This document shows positions 13,056 to 26,059 of a DNA stretch of 64,000 nucleotides, one piece after another. The DNA is from Octopus sinensis (Eukaryota): NCBI RefSeq assembly GCF_006345805.1, contig NC_042998.1, positions 207,638,001 through 207,702,000 of the forward strand, read 5' to 3'. The notes beneath the pieces were generated by a model that made no database searches, had not been told where the DNA came from, and saw only the letters and a program-made list of their open reading frames with translations. Made by a program: the position numbers and the translations under genes. Numbering within the stretch: position 1 is the first letter of the stretch; every line of letters starts with the position of its first letter.

Positions 13056-13823
13056 ATACACAGAGAGAAAAAAAACACAGAAAAGAAGGAGAGAAAAAAA
13101 TGCGTGCAGTAACTAACGAATCAACATGGCGATCTGATTTCGGCCAGAGGTCAAAGATCAAACATGAGACGCGAGAGCGAAATAAGGGGAGATAATAGGG
13201 TTGATAATAGGGTTGAATGACCAGCTCCAACATAAGGGTGTGTGTGTGTGTGTGTGTATGAGAGAGTATTAGTGCATATGAGAGGTCTGGACGTGTGTAT
13301 GTATAGGGTTGGTGTATGTATTAGTATGTATTAGTATGTATTAGTACGTATTAGTATGTATAAGGTTGATGTGTGTGTGTGTGTGTATGAGAGAGTATAA
13401 GTGCGTATGAGAGGTCTGGACGTGTGTATGTATAGGGTTGGTGTATGTATTAGTATGTATTAGTATGTATTAGTACGTATTAGTATGTATTAGTTGGTTG
13501 TAGTATTAGTATGGCACATCATATATGATGTGATGTGTAAAGTCGTGTGGGAGAGAGAGAAAGGGGGGAGGGGGAGGAGAAGGGGAGGAGAGGAGGGGGA
13601 GAGAGAGGAAGGGGAGGAGGAGGGGAGGAGGAAGGAGGAAAGAGGGAGAGAGAAGGGAGTGAGGAGCAGCAAGAGGAAGGGAAGAGGGAGGAGGGAGGGA
13701 GAAGAGGAGAAGAGAAGGGGAGAAAGGTAGGGGGTGAAAGGATGAAGGACTGAAGAAGAGGGGTCGGGGGGGAAGGTAGGTGAGGAGGGGGGGGGAGAGG
13801 GGGTTAGATGAGGAGGGGGGAGA

Positions 13824-13990
13824 GTTGAAACCAAATGGTGTATAAGAGCGAAGAGAGAAGATTAATTCCTGTTCACGGCGCAAACGGGAATCCGGATGGC
13901 CTCTGTGTAAGGACAAACCGAACACAGATAGGTGTTGCAAGGAGTGACCGGTGGAGCGGAAATGGCGTGAGACCGGTGTGTCGTTAGGGA
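13824..13990 (-). mobile_element. Penelope-like element, C-terminal GIY-YIG endonuclease fragment
   Basis: NDTPVSRHFRSTGHSLQHLSVFGLSLHRGHPDSRLRREQELIFSLRSYTPFGFN matches the PLE pattern PVA.HF..H...V.....R...E..LIF.L.T..P.G.N. Confidence 0.8.
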
Positions 13991-14051
13991 GAGTTTACGA
14001 AAAAGACAGACAGGTGGTGTACAAAACAAACAGACATATATATATACAAAC

Positions 14052-14084
<33 letters not shown>

Positions 14085-14945
14085 TATAATGGGCTTCTTT
14101 CAGTTTCCGTCTACCAAATCCACTCACAAGGCTTTGGTCAGCCTGAGGCTATAGTAGAAGACACTTGCCCAAAGTGCCATGCAGTAGGACTGAACCCGGA
14201 ACCATGTGGTTAGTAAGCAAGCAACTTACCACACAGCCACTCCTACGCCTCAAACTAGGAATACCTTTTGATCATGAATCTCTTCAATCAAGGATGACCT
14301 GGGATTAAACAACAGTTGTAACCACAAGCTTGGGAATAAGGGATGCAGTGGGTATGGTGTTGGTACAAGCTCACCCCCTAAAACTTTTGTGGGGTAATCA
14401 AAATGCTTTGAACATCCTCCTGAAAAACTTCATTGTCAAACCCAACCAACCACATGGTTCCGGGTTCAGTCCCACTGCGTGGCATCTTGGGCAAGTGTCT
14501 TCTGCTATAGCCCCGGGCCGACCAATGCCTTGTGAGTGGATTTGGTAGACGAAAACTGAAAGAAGCCTGTCGTATATATGTATATATATATATGTGTGTG
14601 TGTGTGTGTGCGTTTGTGTTTGTCTACCTAGCATTGCTTGACAACCGATGCTGGTGTGTTTACGTCCCTGTCATTTAGCGGTTCGGCAAAAGAGACCGAT
14701 AGAATAAGTACTGGGATTTCAAAGAATAAGTCCCGGGGTCAATTTGCTCGACTAAAGGCGGTGCTCCAGCATGGCCGCAGTCAAATGACTGAAACAAGTA
14801 AAAGAGTAAAAGAGTAAGTGTAGAAACATTTTTGGACTGATTTGAAGAATTACCTTTCCATTATAAATTTTATTAGATTTGATTGATGTACAAATGTAAT
14901 GATAATAATTATTATTATTTTACCTGGTATTTCATCTGCCACGAA

Positions 14946-15445
14946 GGCGGCGAGCTGGCAGAAACGTTAGCACGCCGGGCGAAATGCGTAGCCGTATTTC
15001 GTCTGCCGCTACGTTCTGAGTTCAAATTCCTACGAGGTTGACTTTGCCTTTCATCCACTCGGGGTCGGTAAATTAAGTACCAGTTACGCACTGGGGTCGA
15101 TATAATCGACTTAATCCGTCTGTCCATCCTTGTTTGTCTCCTCTGTGTTTAGCCCCTTGTGGGTAGTAAAGAAATAGGTATTTCGTCTGCCGCTACATTC
15201 TGAGTTCAAATTCCACCGAGGTCAACTTTGTGTTTCATCCTTTCGGGGTCGGTTAAATAAGTACCAGTTACGCTCTGGGGTTGATGTAATCGACTTAATC
15301 CATTTGTCTGTCCTTGTTTGTCCCCTCTGTGTTTAGCCCCTTGTGGGTAGTAAAGAAACAGGTATTTCGCCTACCGCTACGTTCTGAGTTCAAATTCCGC
15401 TAAGGTCGACTTTGCCTTTCATCCTTTCAGGGTTGATAAATTAAT
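14946..15445 (+). mobile_element. tRNA-headed SINE family A, tandem-unit form (similar at 7286-7686, 16768-17180, 18655-19065 on +; 41740-42106, 43265-43870, 51010-51430 on -)
   Basis: Head GGCGGCGAGCTGGCAGAAACGTTAGC, B-box-like GAGTTCAAATTCC; internal unit of about 180 bp repeated 2-3 times. Confidence 0.88.
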
Positions 15446-15563
15446 ATACAATGAAATTATTGTGTATAGTGCTCAGGTGCCCTACAACTCATCAAAGGTG
15501 CACGTACAGTACATAGAATTATGTACAAAAGTCAGGAAAGTGAACAGTGTATGAGTCATGATA

Positions 15564-16113
15564 TATGATGGTGAGTCAAAAAATATTGCCATTTTGTTTA
15601 GGACAGGTATAATTACCAATACAGGAACATGTATCATACATCAAAAGGAAGCTTATTACGAGTCTATTGTTTTTCCTTTTGGCAAGAAATCGACCAGAAT
15701 GATACCTTGAGCATCCCAAAAGACAGCTGCCATGATTTTTCCAGCTGACTTTCGCGTCTTAAACGTTTTTGGTGGTGGTGACATAGAGTGGCGCCATTCC
15801 ATTGATTGCCTCTTTGATTCCGGTTCATAAGGATGAAGCCATGTTCCATCAGCCTTTGGAAGAAGGTGTTGTCTTTTTGACTTTGTAATGAAGAAGTGTC
15901 TCAAAGAACAGTTAACAGAATTTTACGGGGCAGGGATACATGCTCTCATTCGAAGGTGGAACATTGCCATTGAGAGAAACGGTGACTATGTTGAGAAGTA
16001 GGGATGAGATCCACAGAGGACTAGCTTCATTTTGATGTATGATACATGTTCCTGTGTTGGTAATTATACCTGTCCTAAACAAAAGGGCATTACTTTTTGA
16101 CTCACCCCCGTTC
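15564..16113. mobile_element. Internally deleted and rearranged mariner element with TIRs of about 90 bp
   Basis: TIR GGTGAGTCAAAAAATATTGCC / GGCATTACTTTTTGACTCACC; transposase pieces SAGKIMAAVFWDAQGIILVDFL (-) and FYGAGIHALIRRWNIAIERNGDYVEK* (+). Confidence 0.88.
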
Positions 16114-16114
16114 A

Positions 16115-16700
16115 TGTGTGTATGTGTAGTGTTGGCAAATTTCAGGAAGCATGGAGGTTTTAAAGGATGCAATGTCACGGTAACTAACAACTGATGCAGG
16201 TAGTCTGTTCCATGCTTCAGCAACTCTGAGTGTGAAAAATTGTTTCTGAAAATCATGGGAGCTGTGCTGTTTTCTGATTTTGTAGGGCATGCCCTCGTGT
16301 GTTAGACACATGGAGCTGAAAAAGGGGCTCAAGGTGGTTGTTGGCACAATGGTTAATAATTACCAAGTCAGTTGCCAGACGTCGGAGCTTCAATGTATTT
16401 ATGTCCAGGGAAGCAAGAGGTTCAGAGTATGGTAAATGTCTGACGGAGGGCATTCGCTTGGTTGCACTTCTCTGAACAGTTTCCAGGAGGTCAATGTCCT
16501 GAGTAGGATAGGAGTTCCAGACTGGTGTTGCAAATTCCAAGTGTGGCCCACCATAGCCATATAGAGCCTTAAACAGCTAGCTGGAGAGGGCTTGCTGAGT
16601 GATGCCAAGACACTCTCAGCCTTCTTGACAATTTTAGAGATGTGCTTTGTCCAACGCAAACCGTTGCTGACAGTAATGCCCAGGTTACATTCACAAGAAA
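16115..16700 (-). mobile_element. CR1/L2-like LINE 3' fragment; its tail (about 15445-15560) is separated by the mariner insertion
   Basis: EFATPVWNSY...LETVQRSATKRMP...FFTLRVAEAWNRLP; tail matches 3155-3200. Confidence 0.82.
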
Positions 16701-17744
16701 GCTTTTTGATATTAGTGTTGTGGAGAGAGTAAGTGGACACTGGGTTTTTGTCCTCCCAAAATGCAAGGGGCGAGCTGGCAGAATTGTTAGCTCGCCGGGC
16801 GAAATGTGTAGCCGTATTTTGTCTGCCGTTACGTTCTAGGTTCAATATCCGCTGAGGTCAAATTTGCATTTCATCCTTTTGGGGTCGATTAAATAAGTAC
16901 CAGTTACACACTGGGGTCAATATAATGGACTTAATCCGTTTGTCTGTCCTTGTTTGTCCCCTCTGTGTTTAGCCCCTTGTGTGTAGTAAATAGGTATTTT
17001 GTCTGTCTTTACGTTCTGAGTTCAAATTCCGCCGAGGTCGACTTTGCCTTTCATCCTTTCGGGGTCGATTAAATAAGTACCAGTTACGCGCTGGGGTCGA
17101 TATAATGGACTTAATCCGTTTGTCTGTCCTTGTTTGTCCCCTCTCTGTTTAGCCCCTTGTGGGTAGTAAAGAAACAGGTACACTTATCCACAACCATCTT
17201 GTTGAAACACTGGGTTCGATGTAATCAACTATTGTCCCCTCCCTCTAAATTTGAGGCCTTGTGCCTCAAGTAGAAAGGATTATTTTTCCTGGGTTCAACA
17301 TGATGACCTGACAGAATTGTAAGCAAGTTGACTACTGGGCAAAATGTTTGGTGGGATTTCGTCTATATTTACATTCTGAGTTCAAATTCCACTGAGGTTG
17401 ACTTTGCCTTTCATCTACTCAGGCTCAATAAAATGAGTACCAGTTGAGTGCTGGGGGTCAATGTAACCCACTTATTCTCTCCCTCGAAATTGCTGGCCTT
17501 GTGCTATAGTTTGAAGTCATTTTTATATCAGGTAGAAACTCTGTAAGATGCACCAAGTGTAAGCTATGGACACGCACCCAACAGCAGAACTGAAGACACC
17601 TCCGAGAGGGGGGACCCCGCCACGTCAAAACGGTAGAAGAGTAGGGGCCGAAACCGGACGTGGTTCCTCCTGATGATGTCTTGAGCTAACTGGATCCTAT
17701 AAAGGAGCTGTTGTGGTAGCATACCACAAAACACGGTTGTAATT

Positions 17745-18115
17745 CCTCCTCTATAAGATGCATCAAGTGTAAGCTATGGACACATAAGAGGTGCAGCAAT
17801 ATCAAAGGAAGGCTAACTGGGAAGATAGTTTTTGTATGTGGCAGATGCTCAGGAGCAATAAACACTGAAAATGTGCAGAGAACAACAACTGCCACATTCC
17901 AGGGAGAAAAACTAGAAGTAGTTGATAGCTTCCGTTACCTAGGTGACCAAGTCAGTAGTGGGGAGTGGGTGGATGCTCTGAAAGTGTAGCTGCTAGAATA
18001 AGAATAGCTTGGGCAAAGTTCAGAGAGCTCTTGCCTCTGCTGGTGACAAAAGGCCTCTCGCTCAGAGTAAAAGGCAGACTGTATGATGCATGTGTATGAA
18101 CAGCCATGCTACATG
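17745..18115 (+). mobile_element. RTE-like LINE fragment with Cys-rich segment
   Basis: IRCIKCKLWTHKRCSNIKGRL...FVCGRC...EVVDSFRYLGDQVS...AWAKFRELLPLLVTKGLSLRVKGRLYDACV. Confidence 0.75.
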
Positions 18116-18390
18116 GCAAACAAGGACAGACAAGCAGATTAAGTCGATTATATCGACCTCGGTGCGTAACTGGTACTTAATTTATTGACTCCGAAAGGAT
18201 GAAAGGCAAAGTCGAGCTCGGCGGAATTTGAACTCAGAACGTAGTGGCAGACGGAATACCGCTAAGCATTTTGCCCAGCGTGCTAACCTTTCTGCCAGCT
18301 CACCGCCTTAGAAAAGTGGACATGTTAAAACAATGATAATGATGATGTTTGTTAAACCCTTGACTGACCACATCGTTCTCTCTTTTGCAG

Positions 18391-18572
18391 CAACAGGTGT
18401 AGCACCAAAGGCCAGCATGCCTGATTTAGAAATTGCTACTGCTGATTATGACGAGGATGAACGTGAAGGCAAAGGTGTTCTCTTCATCGGCTTTACTGCT
18501 TTAATAGTCATCGGAATTCTGCTCCTGATTATATTGTTGCCGCTGAGTTTTAGTTACCTTGACTACTACGAG
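18391..18572 (+). CDS. Exon 2 of SPFH/Band-7-like gene (acidic linker plus transmembrane helix)
   Basis: Acceptor tcttttgcag|, donor GAG|GTAAGT; ...DYDEDEREGKGVLFIGFTALIVIGILLLIILLPLSFSYLDYYE. Confidence 0.9.
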
Positions 18573-18614
18573 GTAAGTATCCGGCTTCATTTTTACCTGT
18601 CTCCATCATTGCTC

Positions 18615-18645
<31 letters not shown>

Positions 18646-19426
18646 TATATTAGAGGAGTTGGCAGAGTCGTTACCACGCCGGGCGAAATGCGTAGCCGTA
18701 TTTCGTCTGCCGTTACGTTCTGAGTTCAAATTCCGCCGAGGTCGACTTTGTCTTATCATCCTTTCGGAGTCGATTAAATAAGTACCAGTTACGCAGTGGG
18801 GTCAATGTAATCGGCTTAATCCCTTTGTCTGTCCTTGTTTGTCCCCTCTGTGTTTAGCCCCTTGTGGTTAGTAAAGAAATAGGTATTTTGTCTGCCGTTA
18901 CGTTCTGAGTTCAAATTCCGTCGAGGTCGACTTTGCCTCTCATCCTTTCGGGGTCGATTAAATAAGTACCAGTTACGCACTGGGGTCGATGTAATCGACT
19001 TAATCCCTTTGTCTGTCCTTGTTTGTCCCCTGTGTTTAGCCCCTGGTGGGTAGTAAAGAAATATATTAGAGAAAAAACCAAAAACCAGGTCAGAACGAGT
19101 ATTTCAGGTTATTCAGAATAATTTGATTAGGGTAACGTGAATTCACCTTACCCTAATTAAATTATTCTAATTAAATTACTCTAAATGACTTGAGATACTC
19201 GTTCTGCCTTGGTTTTGATTTTCCCTCTAATATAGTATATACTGGCTATAACGGAACCCTAACAGAGATCCCTAGATCCAGCCTTAGCTCTGATCTTGGA
19301 ACCTAAGGGTTGACCAACTATAGCACTTACTCAGCGTACCTGTTCGTTTAAATCAAAAGTGAACTAAATCCCTCATATTCTCTCTTTATCTCTATATGTG
19401 TCTATGTGTGTGTGTGTATGTGTGTG

Positions 19427-19519
<93 letters not shown>

Positions 19520-19964
19520 ATATATGTACATGTATATATATATATGTATATATATGTGTATATCCATGTCAGCATGGAAAACGGACATTAAATGATGATG
19601 ATATATACCTGGTTTGTATTTTACTTCAGCTTGGCCTTCCCCTAAAAAATTTCAATTTTATGTGTGACTGGCTCCTGTGCCGGTGGCACATTAGAGGCAC
19701 TATCCAAACATGATCAATACTAGGCCCACCTGACTGGCTCCTGTACCAGTGGCACATGAAAAGCACCAACTGAACGTGGCTAATGCCAGTAACCACTGAT
19801 TGCCCCCTGTGCTGCTGGCATGTAAAAAGCACCCGCTACACTCTGAGTGATTGGCGTTAGGAAGGGCATCCAGCTGTAGAAACCTTATAACAGTAATAAT
19901 AATAATAATAATAATAATAGTAGTAGTAGTAGTAATAATAGTATCAATAATAGTAATTATAATT

Positions 19965-20490
19965 TGCAACATGTATGGACTTAACAGAGCAAAATATTGG
20001 TATGACCATAAACCCGAAGGCATCATCGAAAATGATAATGCAAAGATCCTATGGGATTTTATGATTCAGTGCAACCATGAGATAGAGAATAGGAAGCCGG
20101 ACATAGTCTTAAATGAGAAAGAAAACAAACTATGCTGGATTATAGATATAGCATGCCCAGCTGTCAACAAGGTATGCGATAAGGAAGAAAGAAAAGTTTA
20201 GAGATATGACAGGTTAGCTTGGGAAGTTAAGCAGTTGTGATCGATGAAAAAGGTGGTAGTAGTACCAATAATTGTCAGATCCCTGGGAAGTGAGTAAAAA
20301 TCTTGAGAAGTACATGGAACAAATAGGGGCTGCAATAAGAGTGGAGCACTTGCAGAAAACAGCACTGCTTGGAACCGCTTGAATACTCCGGAAGGTACAC
20401 GAAAAATAAGAGGTGTTACCTCAGTTCACTGGTAGTGAACAGCTGACACCGTAGTATATCTGCAGTGTTAGAAGCTGTGCAAAGGCAATG
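19965..20490 (+). mobile_element. R4/Dong-like LINE 3' fragment, degenerate
   Basis: ILWDFMIQCNHEIENRKPDIVL...WIIDIACP; (TAA)n on both sides. Confidence 0.82.
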
Positions 20491-21463
20491 AAAATAATAA
20501 TAATAATAATAATAACAACAATGTTTCAAATTTTGCCAAAAAGGCTAGTAGTTTTGGAGGAGGGGGTTAAGTCAATTAGATCAATCCCAGTGTTCAACTG
20601 GTACTTATTTTATCAACCCCAGAAGGATGAAAGGCAAAAGTGACCCTGGTGGAATTTGAACTCAGAACGTAGCAACAGGTGAAATACCGCTACGCATTTT
20701 GTCAAGCATGCTAACAGTTCTGCAAACTCACCACCTTAATAACAATAATAATAATAATAATAATAATGATAATAATAATAACAATAATAATAATAATAAT
20801 CCATTCTACTATAGGCACAAGGCCTGAAATTTTGGAGGAAAGGACTATTCGATTACATCGCCCCCATTACGCAACTGGTACTTGATTTATCAACCCCAAA
20901 AGGATGAAAGGCAATGCTGACCTCGGTGGAATTTGAACTCAGAATGTAGCAATGACTGAAACACTGCTAAGCATTTCATCCAGTGTGCTAATGATTCTGC
21001 CAGCTCACTGTCTTTGATGATGATGATGATGATGATAATAATAACAATGATAATAATAACCCTTTCTACCATGAGCACAAGGCCTGAAATTTGTGGTGGA
21101 GATAGCCAATTACATCAACCCCAGTACACAACTGGTACATATTTTATCGACCTTGAAAGGATGACAGGTAACGTCTACCTTGGTGGAATTTGAACTCAGA
21201 ACGTAAAGACAGCTGAAATGTCGCTAAACATTTCGCCTGGCATGCTAACAATTCTGCCAGCTTATTGTCCAATATCAAAAAGAAAGAAAAATACTGAACT
21301 GAACATGTGACAGAGAAAACGGAGAAATAAGAGATGAGGTATTTAGTTAGGAATGCGAATTTAATAGGATTTACAGACAAATGTACTTTTAATCAAAGGT
21401 GACTTCTCAGACACAGGTCAGCAACCTTACTGATTCACTGTCACACACACACAGACACGCATA

Positions 21464-21531
<68 letters not shown>

Positions 21532-21679
21532 TACATGCACACACACACACATGGACATTATTGTGCGCTTAATTGCAAGAACATGGCTTCACGTGCTAAG
21601 TATGCTTCCAGGAAGTTGATTTGACCATGGAAGTCTGTGGTTTGCTCACAGAATTATAGAACTTTGTGAGTCACAAATA

Positions 21680-21728
21680 AATTTGTCTCACTCTCTCTGT
21701 CTGTCTATCTTTCTACATGCCTACCTAC

Positions 21729-21760
<32 letters not shown>

Positions 21761-21891
21761 ATCTATCTATCTATCCATCCATCCACCTGTGTATGTATGT
21801 ATGTATGTATGTATCTGTCTGTGTGTCTGTCTGCCCGTCCATGTGTCTGTCTGTCTATCTTTCTATTTGTCTCTCTCTCTGTCTCTCTCTA

Positions 21892-21974
<83 letters not shown>

Positions 21975-22109
21975 TTATCCCTTTCTATCTCTATCTGTCT
22001 GTCTGTCTGTCCGTCTGCGTACCTGTCTGTCTGTCTGTCTATCTGTCTCTCTGTGTCTTTCTCTCTGTCTCTTTCTATATCTATCTATTTATCTGTCTGT
22101 CTATCTATA

Positions 22110-22148
<39 letters not shown>

Positions 22149-23093
22149 GACTGTCTCTGTCTATCTGTCTCTCTTTATCTGTCTGTCTGTCTGTCTGTCT
22201 GTCTTTCTTTCTTTCTTTCTTTCTTTTTCTTTCTTTCTTTCTTTCTTTCTTTTGTTCTCTCCCTTGTTTCAGCCGTTAGACTGTGGCCATACTGGGGCAC
22301 CGCTTGAAGAATTCTTAGTTGAGCCAATTCACTCTGGCACTTCTGATGTCTTTGTAAAGCCTGGGACGTATTCCATTGGCCTCTTTTACCAAAACTCTGT
22401 TATTGAGGGGCTAGTGGGGGTGGGTGGGGGGGTGGAGACACAGACTCAAGGAGTCTCTCTCTCACACACACACATACGGACACATGCATACACACATGCA
22501 ATTGCACACGTACACCACACACACACACACACACCACACACACACACACTCACACACACACATACACCACACACACACATGCACACACACATACACACAC
22601 ATGCATGCATGCTCACACACACACTCACACACACACTCACACACATACACACACGTACAGTCACACACATGCGTGCTCACACACTCACACATGCACACAT
22701 GCATACACACACACACATACACACACTCTCACACACACGTACACATACGGACACACACATGCATGCTCATACACTCACACATGCACACACACACATACAC
22801 ACACTCTCTCTCACATACACACTCTCTCTCTGACACACACACTCTCTCACACACACACACACATACACACACTCTCTCTCACATACACACTCTCTCTCTC
22901 ACACACACACACATACACACACTCTCTCTCACACACACACTCTCTCTCTCACACACACACACACATACACACACTCTCTCTCACACACACACTCTCTCTC
23001 TCACACACACACACATACACACACTCTCTCTCACACACACACTCTCTCTCTCACACACACACACACATACACACACTCTCTCTCACACACACA

Positions 23094-23140
<47 letters not shown>

Positions 23141-23435
23141 ACACTCTCTCTCACATACACACTCTCTCTCACACCACCACACACATACACACACTCTCTC
23201 TCTCACACACACTCTCTCTCACACACACACACACATACACACACTCTCTCTCACACACACACTCTCTCTCACACACACTCTCTCTCACACACACACACAC
23301 ATACACACACTCTCTCTCACACACACACTCTCTCACACACACTCTCTCTCACACACACACACATACACACACTCTCTCTCACACACACACACATACACAC
23401 ACTCTCTCTCACACACACACACACACATACACACA

Positions 23436-23480
<45 letters not shown>
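21680..23480. repeat. Compound microsatellite block: (TCTA/TCTG)n then (CA)n/(CT)n
   Basis: Direct inspection. Confidence 0.95.
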
Positions 23481-23570
23481 GCATGCATTTGTGTATCTGT
23501 TCAAAGGAATAGGGTTTTCCACTCTGCAACCCTTTAACTCTCAGATTGCTCTGTCAAATGCAATGCTTGG

Positions 23571-23990
23571 TTATTTCCTCCACCTTAGCAGAGGCAGAGG
23601 TATTGTTTTCACTCATATTTGTTTCTTTCTTTGTCTGTGGACAAGATATCTCAAGAACCACTGGATGGATTCGGATGAAACTTTCAGGGATATTTGGCCT
23701 CATGTCTGGCATGAACTGATCAGATTTTTGGATCGATCCAATGCTGGACAAGGATTCTGGATTATTTTTCCTGTTTTTTTACTTTGAGAGCAATCAGATT
23801 CATTTTTAGTTTTCTCGTTTGTGAGAGCAGTTGAGTTTATTTCAGATATTCTCATTTAAAAAATCCTCCCTGGCTAATCATTGAGAGGACTTTGGTGTTG
23901 CACTCCCTGAGTGCCCTTGTTAATATTACTGTTCACTTTCCTTTCAATTAATCCTGGATTATCTCGCAGCTTTGAGAATTTCAATGATTC
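23571..23990 (+). mobile_element. Probable non-autonomous Helentron/DINE-like element
   Basis: Start TTATTTCCTCCACC...GGTATTGTTTTC, then TGTCTGTGGACAAGATATCTC...GGATGGATTCGGATGAAACTT, resembling the DINE/HINE core (recognised from memory). Confidence 0.45.
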
Positions 23991-25161
23991 CATTGTTTAC
24001 TTTTAGAACGGCATTGTAGGGTAGGTGTGCAGACACAGGAAAGTCACTTTCCACTTCAAATCTTTTGGATACCAACCTACCTGTCGTTTTAAACCTTCAA
24101 TCAACATTTCATGTTCATTTATGAACCAAACATCACCATCATCATCATCACCACCACTACCACCACCATCATTATCACCACCACCACCATCACCACCACC
24201 ACCATCACCACCACCATCATCATCACCACCACCACCATCATCACCACCATCACCACCACCACCATCAACAATATCACCACCACCATCAACATCATCACCA
24301 CCATCAACACCACCACCACCTCCATCACCATCATTGTCATCATTCAACATCTGTTTTCCATCCTGGCATGAGTTAGACAGTTTGACCAGAGCTGATAAGC
24401 CAGGGAGCTGCACCAGGTCCCAGTTTCTATTGCTTTCATTACCAACCCAGCTGAAACCATCTCTAGCTCTGTAGTACAAATGTCTTGTTTTCAAAAGTTC
24501 TGAATTAAAATCTCCCACCAAACCTTAGTCACAATTTATGTTCCTAACATTAGCTGAATGATAACCAAGTAATTTAATTAATATCTTTCATCATCATCAT
24601 CATTTAACGTCCGTTTTCCATGCTAGCATGGGTTTGACGGTTCAATCGGGGGTCTGGGAAGCCAGGAGGCTGCACCAGGCTCCAGTCTGGTTTGGCAGTG
24701 TTTCTACAGCTGGATGCCCTTCCTAACGCCAACCACTCCGTGAGTGTAGTGGGTGCTTTTTACGTGCCACCGGCACAGGGGCCTGAGGAGCCTGCCAAAC
24801 GGCCACGGTCGGTTGGCACTTTTTACGTGTCTCCAACACAGACACCAATCAAGCTTTTTTTTCTATTTAAAGTAATTGAAAGATGCACAGAGCATCTCAA
24901 AATAAACACAGTAATGAAAGGGTTAAGAGATATAATTCTGGAGGGATTAAATCCAGAATTACATTCAACTTTGTCTTTCATCCTTTCAGAGTTGATAAAA
25001 TAAGTACCAGTTAAACACTGGGAGCTCAATGTAATCATGTAATCGACTTACTCCTCTCCCACATTTTCTGGCCTGGTACCAATTTGAAACTAATTAATTT
25101 TGAAACTAATTAATTAACAAAATATATCTTGATTATGACCATAATTGATTTTCTGTTTCAG

Positions 25162-25326
25162 CTGGGTGTCGTCCGCAACAAAGTTACCGGCAGTGTTAGC
25201 TTGGACCGTGTCTATTCCAACGGACGTTACGTCATTGGGCCATCACATGAATTTAAAGTATTCAAGGCAGACGCCCATGTCGAGTACATCAACAACATCC
25301 GAGTGTTTACATCAGATAAACTTGAA
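25162..25326 (+). CDS. Exon 3 of SPFH/Band-7-like gene
   Basis: ttctgtttcag| ... GAA|GTAAGT; 165 nt, phase 0/0; LGVVRNKVTGSVSLDRVYSNGRYVIGPSHEFKVFKADAHVEYINNIRVFTSDKLE, SPFH N-terminal pattern ending in T-x-D-x-L. Confidence 0.9.
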
Positions 25327-25539
25327 GTAAGTTTGTTGCAGAGTTTTGACCCCTTTCAGGGGCCATTTTCAGCTTCTTTGTTTCAGATGGTGAATTAGCT
25401 GTGCAGTTGAGTTGGTAATGTGTTTTCTTGCGATTCTTTGCACCTTAGGTTCAAATACTACCAAAACCAGTTTTGCATTTAATTCTTTCCAGGCAATAAA
25501 AAAGCATTATAAGGCACAAAAAGAAAATGACTCTCCCCA

Positions 25540-25945
25540 GACACAACAGAATAAAAAAGCAGTTCTGTATTTAAGAGATGAAGAATTAATATATTATTTA
25601 CATTATTTACATTTGACAGATATTTGTCCTCATCTTGCTTGTTGTTAACACAACGTTTCGGCTGATATACCTTCCAGCCTTCATTAGCTGTCATGGGGGA
25701 ATTTTGAATCTGGGTTCTCATGGGCATATGGCATAGTGGTTAAGAGCACAGGCTACTAACCCCAAGATTCCATGTTCGATTCCAGGCAGAGACCTGAATT
25801 ATAGTAATAACATTGAAAAATACCTTAGGAATGAGAACCCAGTTTTGAAATTTCCCCAAGACACCTGGTGAAGGCTGGAGGGTATATCAGCCGAAATGCT
25901 GTGTTAACAACAAACAAGATGAGGACAAATATCTGTCAAATTGCA
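25540..25945. mobile_element. Family F: tRNA-headed, hammerhead-bearing element as an inverted pair
   Basis: Inverted 3' arm 25540-25720, then direct copy with head GGGCATATGGCATAGTGG...GTTCGATTCC (25722-25795); hammerhead-like motifs at 25647-25692 (-) and 25860-25905 (+). Confidence 0.75.
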
Positions 25946-26059
25946 TCATGTCTGCATGTATTCAGTTTGAGTGTTTTATACTGTCACTAATACATATGTG
26001 AAGGCATGTAGCTTAGTGATTAGGGTGAATAATAATAATGATAATAATAATAATAATGA

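Noticed and set aside
21683-23537. Long YLS/HT-rich ORFs
   Set aside because: Microsatellite translations
25722-25795. tRNA genes at SINE heads (also 6591, 46620-46691, 53362)
   Set aside because: A/B boxes are present but no complete cloverleaf, and each is followed by a SINE body
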